NCBI GenBank assembly: GCA_040954595.2
Contig: CM082585.2
Span: 6,473,808 to 6,537,807, forward strand
Source of the DNA: Balanoglossus misakiensis
Taxonomy: Eukaryota > Animalia > Hemichordata
Length of the DNA: 64,000 nucleotides
Direction of reading: 5' to 3'
Below are positions 22,301-33,700 of this stretch, piece by piece. The first letter of the stretch is position 1. Every line of letters begins with the position of its first letter. Both the position numbers and the translations under genes were made by a program. The notes beneath the pieces were generated by a model. That model was given only the letters and a program-made list of their open reading frames with translations. It did no database searches and was not told the DNA's origin.

Positions 22301-23308
22301 TGTCAAGCATTGATTTTCATTTGGGTAGCGAAAAAGCGGCATATACCACGATTTTCTAAATTTAGTCCGTATATGTATTCCGAGAAAGAATACGTCAAAA
22401 ATGGTGAACGTCTCGATTGTCACTGTCCTATTTTTCAGATTGAGTAAAATATACGGAAACGTGAGATCACTGTGTCAAACTACTCTTGGAATGCATGTAC
22501 TCGACAGACAACCAGTTATACGACACACTTCGTCGTTACCCCACATTGTCAACACACGATGTATCATGGCTACTGGATCTTTTTCACCTTGGGTCACGTT
22601 AACTTCGATGTACATATTTGTTCTGATTAGATTCCACCGGTATACTAAAGAACTGGCAAATTAACAGCAATACTGGAGGATTTACACTCTTGGGAAATGG
22701 TAACGTCACAGTGGCCGAGAGGGGACAATATTTCATCTACAGCAACGTAAGTTCATCGAATCTCACAGGAATAAAAAAAATAAGAAACTTCTATTTTCGG
22801 AAAAATTAAAAAAAGTCCCTTGTAAGTTTGAAACTGCGTGGAAATAATATCGCCTATTACCACCAGACAATTATTTCCATAATTACCACGTGCATGGCGT
22901 AATATGTAAATCACTTAGACGCATTTGCATGAGAATACTGCCCTCAGCAGGACGCTTGGGTTATACCTTTTCTTTTCCTCCATTTTGATATTTTCAAGTT
23001 TTCGTAGTACACATACTCAAAGTTGCTCTTAATGTCAACTTAACCTTCTCATGTCTGTTTCCATTTCTCTACAGATATTGTTTTACGACGATAACGCATT
23101 TTACGGCGCCCACACTACAATAAACGGCATCCCATTCCTGACGTGCAGCGGAATGCGCGCCAAAGCATCGTTGAAATTCGGCACCTGCTATTCCAGTGGA
23201 GTCACGGTACTACAAGCGCAAGATATGGTCGGAATACGATCGGTCTATCCGTACCGTATGGTAGACGTTCACAAAGAATCTACCTATTTCGGCATTATTA
23301 AACTGTGA
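19399..23308 (+). CDS. EDA: Ectodysplasin-A-like TNF-family ligand (TM helix, furin site, collagen repeats, TNF homology domain), 10 exons
   Basis: Exons approx: 19399-19653 (TM helix, coiled coil), 19921-19993 (SRLRR furin-type site, CFVCPP), collagen exons 20562-20588, 20909-20962, 21226-21333, 21575-21646, 21872-21900, and TNF domain exons 22166-22232 (PQAIHLQG), 22631-22746 (GILKNW..GQYFIYSN), 23075-23308 (PFLTC...TCYSSGV..L...STYFGIIKL*). Architecture and motifs match vertebrate EDA. Confidence 0.85.
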
Positions 23309-23330
23309 ATGTTTGTCCTCATGTTACGAA

Positions 23331-23710
23331 CGTGTTACATCTGGCTTCGAACGTTCATGTTGATCTAAATGTTATCACACTTGTGTAATTGGTTTGTGAA
23401 GTTGATTCCAACTTTGCTACAGTTGCTGTACAGTTTATATGCTTTGCGGCAAACACAAACAGGATTAATGGTTTCTTACCCGGTAGGATGCTTCGCCAGT
23501 TTGTTTAAAGTGTAAGACGATCCTCTTACGACACCCGTAATACCCCACTGTTAGTATTGTTATCAATCTCGATATAACCTCTTTGAATTTACCGCAACAT
23601 CAGCAACTGGGCGCCGAAACTGAAGTAAGATAAGGAACAACTTGGCAAACCAAATGTGCAAGTATGGTAACATTTAGATCAACATTATCGTTCGAATCCA
23701 GATGGGAACG
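23331..23710. repeat. Inverted repeat pair (~50 bp arms) in the EDA-like 3' UTR, probable MITE
   Basis: catctggcttcgaacgttcatgttgatctaaatgttatcacacttg (23338-23383) is a near reverse complement of caagtatggtaacatttagatcaacattatcgttcgaatccagatg (23659-23704). Confidence 0.75.
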
Positions 23711-23995
23711 ACAGTAAAATCCGGGGTTAAATTTAAGTAGGGCCTATATACAAGTCGTTTCTTTCATATAAAGATGGATGTTCTTCGCACTGAAACACAG
23801 AAATACTGTCTTTTCTGGCGATTGTTGACTTTCGTTGCAACTCATGTAGAACCAGACCAAGGCATAATTTGGCGGTATATGACTTGGTGTTGGATATTTA
23901 CGCTATTTACTGATATAAAATTGCAGGAAATCCTGCCAACACATTATTTGAAACTGTCAGAACGGGAGAGTCATTTATGCTGTAGAAAATGAAGA

Positions 23996-24001
23996 AATAA
24001 A
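23996..24001 (+). terminator. Candidate polyadenylation signal of the EDA-like gene
   Basis: AATAAA ~690 nt after the stop codon, followed by a GT/T-rich downstream stretch. Confidence 0.45.
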
Positions 24002-24956
24002 AAGAAATCTTCCAACCAAGATTCGTGCATGTTTATATGTTTTGTTGTGGTCTGAATGAATCAAACACAAAAATAAGATGGCCATGCTTCCAACCCTAAA
24101 ATGGTGTCACTAAATATCACCACCAACCAATACAAGTTATAGGCACTGTGTCGTACAGGAAGGAGTCGTCGCGCCGTGTGGGTGTCCCCCTTGATGAGAA
24201 TATGTCATCCCATACCAGCACAAACCCCACTGCAGTCGCCATGACCTACTAGGATCTTCAGTTGCTGTCATGCCCAGTCTACGTTACATTTGGCTGCTTT
24301 GTTCATTCTAAGAATGATCTAATATAAGGGATCTGTGGATGAATTGTAATGTTTATAAACAAACAAACGCGACGCAACGACCCCTTCACTTTAAACAAAA
24401 TTCTACATAAGTCTATCCATCGTCCTTAAATTATCATATTCTACAGAAGTAACCATTTCAAAGTGATTACTAACTCTACCTTTAGATAAATGAAATTAAC
24501 TGAAATCTTCTCAACATCCTACATAGAAAAGCTGCCGTAGACGGTGATGTACAAGTCTATGAGTCTACCATATCAAAGCTATAATAATACTTCATAACAG
24601 TTTTGTGACCGTATTTTTAAAAGTATGTAAGACAGGAATATATATGTATATGAGTTGTAATGCAAACTAGAGTATCGCATTTTGTACGCAAAAAAAATAT
24701 CTAGTTAGTAAACTGTCAAAAAAGACAAAATTTAGCAAGTAAACTAACAAATGTCAATTGTTTATACAAAATATATATAGGTAAAATACTAATTTTAGTC
24801 AAATTTTAAGTCTTTAGTTATCATTTTTGATCAGTTGCATTTCTCTTAAAAAAAACCTAAGTTTAACGAATTCATGATTTTTTAGATTTTATGAGCCTAT
24901 ATAGTAAATATGATCATAGAAGATCATATTTTAGAGAAGGTAGAAAAAAAAGGAGT

Positions 24957-27900
24957 TTAGAATTTAGGAAGTGTTGGAAGAACGATAGGTATCTTGACTT
25001 GTTTGACTTTCTCCTCAGTCCATTTCTTCAGACGTTTCTTCAGATCAGGAGGATATTTCTCATAGCATCGTTTACAGACTGGCTTCATGTCAACTTCCAC
25101 AAACTTACTCCTGTTGGGGAAAGCAAACAGATTTTACATGGTTAGATATTGCAGTTGGAACATATCATGATTGCTCTAGGGGACTGGCTTTGTATAGGTG
25201 ATTCGCACCAGTTCCTTTCATTGCATCCTAAAGCGGACATTTGTACTTTCTGTGTTTGCTATGGGTGAAGTATGTAAACAAACAAACAAACAAACAAACA
25301 CACAAACAAATAAATAACTAAATAAATAAATGCAATAAACACATTTTGATGACTGACATAATTATTAACCCTTTCACCCCCAGTTCCCTCTTCTGAGGTC
25401 AAACCTTAACACAGAAAACACTGAATTTGGACCAAACCATTGTGGTGAATGGGTAAAGGTTGGTTGTGTTTCGTTCACTTACTTGAGTGTCAGTTTAGCG
25501 TCACATCCACAGCAGTAGAAATGATCAGGGCACCAGGCTTTGTTCATTGTGGTAATAGCTGAATAAAAAAAATAATTATTTCCAATTTAATTACCAGCAA
25601 AGACAGTTATTATCGTTTCCACAAATGTGTGATTTCGGAATTGTAAAATCGTCGAAATGAAAATGTTGAAAATATACATACCTTCTCCGCCAGTCACTAC
25701 CTTGTTACACACAAAACAGATATTACCAAACAACTGAAAAAAAAATTTAAAATTGTTATGAAGCCATCAGATATCTTTTATGACCTTGACTTGTACCATT
25801 TGTGATAATTAGGATCTGCATCTGATCCTACAATTTGCGGCTGATCCTTAATTTTCTTTATCCAAATGAGAATGATTTAACAATTTGCATGAAATACGAG
25901 AAAAATAATAGCATCATTTTGACACCTTTTCTTAACACAGTACGGGATGTTCACTTCACTGAGAACATAACCAAGTTATATAAACTGACTGCACACAATC
26001 TGCACGCTGATTAGCTGTGATGTCTTACCTGGTTGTAGTGAGTCTCACAATAAGCCAATCCTTTCCTTTCATAATGTTTGTGTCCAAGGAAGGGCTTCTC
26101 GCATTTGGCACACACAAAGTGCTGTCAATGAAGGAAAATAACCAATACTAAACATAAATTATTACCAAACAATCCCAAGTCTTTATTATAGTAAACAGTA
26201 ATACCCGCACAGTGCAATACAGACTAGCCCACTAGTCACTTGGCATTTTGTTTTTTATGTTTCAATAACGATTCCTTTCAAATTCAGTTGTTCTCCTCCA
26301 CTGGTATTATTTATATTAACCATTTTTCTCTTTCATCACAGCATTTCAAATGGTTGCCTTGGGTAAGCGCTCGCCAAGCAACTAGTGTCCTTGGCAAACG
26401 CCCTCTAGTGTTACAATCAGCCAGGCCATTTATTGCCATAGTTCAGAATGATTGAAAAGCCAATGAGAAGAATATGACATCAATACATTACCATACCTCA
26501 ACGTGCCAGGCTTTTCCCAGAGCATGGACCACGCGTTCCTCGATCGGACGACGGCAGGCACCGCAAATAGGAATACCCATTTTGTCATGGCAACGCAGAC
26601 AGTAAAGTTCTCCTCGAACTTCCCTAGCATCTGAGGTCAGCTCATCGCTGTAAAGAAATACATGATGACATACAATCACCTTCAAATGTAAGAAACCACT
26701 GAACATCAATATACAATGTATATGTGAAAGATCCCTTATGTGTTAGTGTCGCCAAAGAAACTAAACTATACTTGTAAGATGCCAATTTCACTTACCCGCA
26801 ATTCTTGCAGTTGAAATGGTAAGGGTGATAAGTCTCCATCTGGAATTTCAGGTGACCCTCGACAATGACAGTACTGCAAAAGTAAATTAATTCCATGTTA
26901 CTGCATTTGTTGTCTGAGTTAATACGACAATCAATCAACCTTCAGATATGCAATGTACCAATGAATCTATCTTTGGCAGTTTCTCTATCTATGTCTCTCC
27001 ATTCATCATCTCCATGCATTCATCCATTTATCTACTCAGAACGAAGAGAGATACTTACTGGCAGCGGTAACACACGTATTTTCCAGATACTGTTTGTAAT
27101 TAAAAAGTAGAAAGAAGAACTGTTGTTAGAAAGAGTAAATTTACCGATGACCCTTTGATTAAAATTTTCAAAATCCAAAACTGCCATTTTATAGGTGTAT
27201 AAAATGTCATATCTAAATTGAATTAATGATGATAACACCTTAGTGTTTAAATTGAACGACTTACTTTCAGCTCTTTCTCTCATATGACAAGGTCGACATA
27301 ATGCCCTACAAAAATAAAAATTGTCAAGACATTACAGAAGCAATTTTTTTCTTTCGCAGCATCTCCCAACAAATTCACCCCTAAATCTTCCATCCACCCC
27401 CTTTAGAAATCAAATGGTCCGACCCTTAGTTTTGACAATCACATTTTTACATATCCGCTCCCTTGTGACGATGATGTCATTCAGAAGTTTTCCTTCCAAG
27501 GGTTAAAAGTGAGGGCGTTCTGTATTTTCATGTGCCACGTTGCATTACAGGTCACTGTATAGTGGTGTGCTGTGTTGGTTTTGAGGTGTACCATGCCAGT
27601 GGCATATCTCACTAGCTTATATTGGATAAATTATCCTTCAAGCTATTAAATAGGATTGTTTTCCTCACCTGTTTCTACTCTTGACAAATCCAGTATCAGA
27701 GAGAATGGTGGCACAGATCTGACACATGAAACAATCTGGATGCCAGCTCATGTTCATAGCACGAATTACACGACCGATCACAAATTCACCTAAAATAAAT
27801 TCGAATTTTTTTTTTTTTACACCCGTGTTGAATTTTGACATCTGGTGACACTGGGATGAAAGGTCCTGTAGGGGGTCATTAAAATGGCCAATAACAGGAG

Positions 27901-28964
27901 AGAGTTACGTACACACACAAACAGTTTATGGCCTGGCCCTAGATGACCTCCAGGACTGGATGGCTGAGCTGTATGTAATACAATCTGGGCTCACAGACTG
28001 AGACTGGGACTGAAACATAATCCTGGGTCGTGTCCTAGATGCAACACTGTTGGAGCCTTGGATTCTCACACAGTGTTTCACTGAAACTAGAAGTCTCACT
28101 TTGGGGGTCCATAACTGTACTTCAACTAAACCGTGCACAAATTACGAGGTATCACAGAGCTTGTTCTAAATAAATGTCCATCAAACCCCTTTTTTTACAT
28201 CACACGTAAATTTGATTTGACTATAGCTAGTTGTGAATCACCTTGCAGTTGCAGGGTAGTTTGATTTATGGCAAACAGTTTTTCATTTTCACAGACTTAC
28301 CACAGCGTCCACAGCAGGGAGCAAATAATACATGGAAGTCATGTTCACAGTATTTCCGGCCCTCAAACTGAAAAGAAACGACGAAATATATATGTGAATG
28401 AAATTCTTTAAATTTCACATGTGGGCGTGAAAACATCATAGTTTTGTTTTAATATTAACACTATATTTAGTTTACGCCTGTTCAAAGAAGAGTTTCTAAA
28501 TTGTATATCTGAGGTGATCGTGTTCAAAACTTACTTCAAAGAACATGCCATCTGGAAATGGACGAAAACATTGAGCACACCTGATTTGGAAAGAAAACAA
28601 AATATGCCACAATTAAAGATTTATCAATCGTTGGTCAAGTGGGAAGGTTGGACATTTTTCACAGAGAAAGAGAGCTTTGCACACTCATGTACACTGCAAC
28701 CTCCAGGAGAAATATGACTTATGTAACTGTTGTATTCAATTCAATCAATCAATCAATGGAACATCAATGCCATACTGCAACATCAATCTGTGCATAATAT
28801 TACCTCAACATATTAAAATTAATGTATATGATATAAAACCTCAGTTCACCATGTACTTACACAAAACACCCTTCATGCCACAGCTCTCCACTACAGTTGA
28901 TCATTTTCTCTTCAACCGAAAAGCCTTCATTGCATCGGTTACACATGGCACTGGGCACTGCCAT
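24957..28964 (-). CDS. LIMS1: PINCH / LIM and senescent cell antigen-like protein (five LIM domains)
   Basis: Exons approx (5'->3'): 28964-28861 ([31 protein letters not shown]), 28580-28535, 28367-28301 ([11 protein letters not shown]), 27789-27670, 27305-27265, 27089-27059, 26873-26796, 26647-26497 ([28 protein letters not shown]), 26122-26030, 25733-25683, 25558-25483, 25110-24957 ([24 protein letters not shown]). Confidence 0.95.
25365..25457. mobile_element. piggyBac-like MITE copy
   Basis: ttaaccctttcacccccag...ttggaccaaaccattgtggtgaatgggtaaa; same family as 14852. Confidence 0.7.
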
Positions 28965-30377
28965 GTTGTCTGAATTCTCGCTATGTAAACAAATAAATTG
29001 ATCAACAAATTAAAATATTGCAACACAAACAAAAATATCAGTTAAGGAATACCTTGAATTCAGAAGGGAAAACATTAGATAGTTCAGAAGAAATATTACT
29101 CAGTATTCCTATGTGACATTTAAAACTACAAAGTGATGCTAGGTTGCAAGAAATTAGTCACAAGGAAAGGAGATGGAGCCCAGGAGGATAGAAAGTGGAC
29201 ACTGTTGAACATTCTTAACACAGCATCTGTTGGAACTTGGACTAGGCAATGCAGATGTTCAAATCATTGACCTAAAAAGTACACTCGTTGTGATTGGCCA
29301 CCGTTCTCACACACAGATCCCAGGAGAGTCATCAGCTGTGATTGGCTACACTCTCGCGGGCAGGTCTCAGAGGATTTAGGTCAATTTCTGAATCAATCAC
29401 AAGATTACTACGTGCTTCTGACAGACATACACAAAACAGTGCCTTGGTGATCAATTAAGCTCTGATGCATTATCTGAAACTGTATGAAACTACAGTATAA
29501 ATGTAACTTACATCACATACATTATTTCAAAAGTAACATAAGTGTATACATTGGATCTTGATCAAACTATGCCATTACAGACTGATATATAGTGATCATA
29601 AATCTAAGGTTACATAAGCACATCTAGGGTTTTGAAAAAAATTGGCGAAATAATTCTGCATTGAATATCAAACTGATGACTGTATCATCAAGTTTCACCC
29701 ACTGTCTAAGACATTTCCTTGGGGGTCAATCAAGGTCATCTGACTTAAGACATACAATCACATACACTGGCATTTTAAGTCCCAAGTCATATTACAAATT
29801 ACTACAGCAACACTGTTCATTTATAGTTCATTTTTCGCACGTAATAACCCTGTAAATGTACAGTGGCAACGAGATCAATAGAAAGTTGTACAGTCAGATC
29901 TCTGGGTATATTGGCTGAAATGAATTGTATGACCATATTTGGAGTTAGATCCCTAAACACAACATCTGTACTTCGCTCCAACTTCTTAGGAATTCGGGAT
30001 TATAAACTTGGATAGGACCATAGTATTGATCACTTTGGTTTGAAATAATTAATGAAACCACAACGTCTAACTAGATTTACCGTGTACGTATGTTTTAAAT
30101 GAAGTCAGCATGGAAATAACTATGGGAAATTGGACTTGAAAACACAAGCCAGTCTATGAGTATGACTGTGCTGTGTGGTACAGCACAGATGTGGGATGGG
30201 TTGGGCCGACATCAGTGACAACAATTCTACCTAAGTGTTCTTCCCTGCTGACATAAAATCTTGTTCCGACTTTCAAAATACTGTGATGTTATTAGGAGAA
30301 GGAACAAAGACAATTTCACGTCTCGCCAAACTTAGAACGGTCAAAAAGACACAAAAGTCGAGTTAGGGTATACTGAC

Positions 30378-30723
30378 CTTCCAAGCGTCATCGGCATTGC
30401 CTGGTTCCTCCCAATACTACTTTAATAGTACCACCTATGTGGGTGTAGTTTTTGAATATAAAATACCAAAGCTTGAAATAATTCTGTTTTCACTGCATTA
30501 ATCTTGTCAACTGAAAAAGTAACTATTGGAATTATTATAAATTAGGACCATTGCATAGATTAAAGCAACGTGTGAATTTAGCTGAGACTTCTACTTGGCT
30601 TTTATTTTGTGAAGAGAGTGTCCATATTGATAGTATTTTCATCAAGTTAAAGGGTAGGGAAGAGGGGGCCACCAACGGTCAGATCAGATTTCTCAGAGAA
30701 GGGGGCCGTCCCCAATGGAAAAA
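30378..30723. promoter_or_regulatory. Probable bidirectional promoter between the PINCH 5' UTR exon (-) and the NHE start (+)
   Basis: Minus-strand donor AAG|GTCAGT near 30378 suggests a PINCH non-coding first exon. The NHE ATG lies only ~340 bp away on the opposite strand. Confidence 0.5.
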
Positions 30724-33700
30724 ATGGCGTGTGAATCACTTAGGATATCTACTTTACTAGTCTGCGGGATTATACCGATTGCACTGGCGGTGCAGGCGTC
30801 GTTTACCGACCCGGAAGCCGAGCTGGAGGCGGAGGCCATCCAGAAACACCGACTGGATAGCATTAATTTACTGGTGTTTATATTTTTGTTGGTGTTGACT
30901 GTGTTGACGATATGGCTCTTCAAGCATCACCGATTCCGGTTCCTCCACGAGACTGGGTTGTCGATGATCTACGGTGAGTAGGTAGTTAATTCAGATGGGA
31001 GTAGAGTCTGAGTACAGCTGAGGTCGCTCTATTCCCAATTGAACAATGGGTGTAGTATTTCATACAAAGAAAATGCATCCAACAATATAATTGACGCAAA
31101 AATCGAACAAACACACACACCTCTATTTTATCACCTGATAGCACTAGCCATGACATTTTCACGTGACGCGACGCCTTGTTATGACGTCTGATACATACAC
31201 ACGTTGTCGTCTCTGACCATAACTGATCAAATCAAATAGAGGAAATAAGATGAGGAGAAGGTAGAAGAAAAATAAGGAGTGATGGAAACTTGATGTTCAT
31301 TTCCGAATGATTGTGGTAGTTAAAGATGAAATAGATACACCTTTCATTTAGTTATGCCTTACCTTACTTAATAAATAAGCTTACTGATGGATGTACAGAA
31401 ATGTATTGTTAACTTCTGAACGTGGCTGTACGTGAATAAGTTAAATAATGAATGGTTGCTTCATCTGATTATTCATCTTCCCATCGCAAGAATACAAAGC
31501 CACTGTGGTATGATCACGTGTATCATTACAGTCTTCACAAATTCAAAGTGATTTTAACACTGTTGTCTATCAGTTAGGGATAAGGGGAATATTGAAGTGT
31601 TTTATCGTTACTAGTAAAATATGCTAAGTGCAGCTCGTTGGGTTTTGAACAGCTGCTCCCTTCACGTGCCATCATTGCACTATCTTGAGTGGTTGTTCAT
31701 GAATCTGTGATTTTTTTGCATCGCAGTTTGCACTACAAAAATTTGTTGCTTTAGTTGTACAGTGTTTCATCTAGAAGGGGGATGGGGCAATTCACCCCAC
31801 CCCCCTGTTGACATGTTGACACCCCCCTAGCAATTTGTCAAGGGAGGGGGACTAGCACCCCTTACAGCGATGTAATTCACACATTGGACATATTACAGTC
31901 CCTTTGCCAGAGAGGAAACCCCCCCCCCCCCCCCAAAAAAAAAAAAAAAAAAAAAAAAAAAATTCTGGCAAGAGGGGGATAATCCCCCCTCTTGACAGTT
32001 GGTACCATCCCAGATGGAACACTGGTTATAAGGTCACTGGATATTCAATATTTTGATGGCAGTCTTTTTCCCCTCCATCTCATTCAGGCATGATTGTCGG
32101 TGCCATCATCCGATACTCTGGCAGGAGAATATCCAGAACTCCCTACAGCGTACACGAAGCCAGTAACAGCACCTTAGCCCCCGAAGTCCTGTGGTTGTAT
32201 TTGCATCATCCCAACGAGAGTCACCCACTCAAGATATTTTCCTACGAGCTGCAAGGAATTATTCACGAGATTGTATCAGAAGTACAAGTTGAGTTGGAAG
32301 AAAAGGTATTCGACTGTTTCTCTTTTCATACATGTATTTACAGATTTTGTACAGTGTGATGTGTCAAAAATTGAAAATACTTGTACTTTCTATGCATCAA
32401 GTGTACATGTAGTCTTTGCCTTACTTGTGTATAAATTGTAGTTGTTTAACACTTAGGAATATAATGTTAGATCATATCCTTGTCGGTAACTCAGAGTAAC
32501 ATTGTGAATTTGAATAATTGGTGTGCAAATATTTCAAAGTACATTGCGAGAGATCTGATAACGCACTTGTTCAAAATGACAGCCAAACAGTGGGTTGTGC
32601 GTAACTGCCACTATATGTATTGATAACGTTACGTGTAGAAGTAAACTAATGTCTTGGTATTGACTCTAGCAGTCTCAATGCAGTCAAGAAATTGACAGGG
32701 CAGAGTGCTAGCTGTCTGGACAGAGTTATTGACACAATGATAAAAGTGTTTATCCTGAAGTCATAATGAATCATGAATACCTGAAATCAACAAGTGACTG
32801 TCAGAAAATCGAGATATTTTCAACTAGTCTTTTAAAAACGATAATAAACAGCGATCCCTGGCTACTTCTGTCCGACACAAAAGCAAACAGTGCAGGATTT
32901 AACCCTTTCACCCCCAGTTCCCTCTATAGAGGTCTAACTTCACCATAGAAAACAATGGATTCGGACCAAACCATGGTGGTGAAAGGTTAATAAACAGTAC
33001 AGGTTACACAACCTGAAGTCAAAGACATGCCACACAAAATTGTGTTTAAAAAATTCCAGCATGAATTTCATGTTGAGCAGTATTTACAGGTAACGGACGC
33101 AGATCCATGTTCAAACGTAATAGAATCATCTCCATCTCATTTGATCTGCAGGCAACATTTGACCCAGAGGTGTTTTTCAACATTCTCCTACCTCCAATTA
33201 TTTTCAACGCAGGTTACAGTATGAAAAGGGTAAGTTAAACGAGAACGCTGTTGGAAATTTACGAGATTGTGGGATGTCTCACAGAGGATCTGTGGGTTCT
33301 GTGAATGAATTTGTGACTTTTTTGCGAGTGTGGCAGTACAGCCGATTGTAAAATCTTACATCGGAAAGATCACACAGAATCGGGTGAAATTATTCATTTT
33401 CATTAGTAGATGGGAAAGCGTAAATTATACAACACGGGTAATATAGAAGTGCATTTCATCGCCAGTGTTGATCAGAAAATGCATGCATAGATGATCAAGT
33501 ACAGGGCTATTCAGAATACATTTCTAGTACAATTCATGACTAAAATGAGTTTTGTCTTGTTGAGGCAATAAAGAAATTGCATTCTCTTTTGTTTTTCAGA
33601 GACATTTTTTCAGAAATTTGGGAGCAATTCTCATGTTCGCTTTCATTGGTACAACCGTGTCGTGTTTAATAGTCGGGTAAGGACAGTGGTGTATCTCATT

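Noticed and set aside
31919-31962. Poly(C) followed by poly(A), suggesting a retrocopy tail
   Set aside because: Lies inside a TIR-bounded element with no upstream retroposed sequence; homopolymer lengths may also be unreliable.
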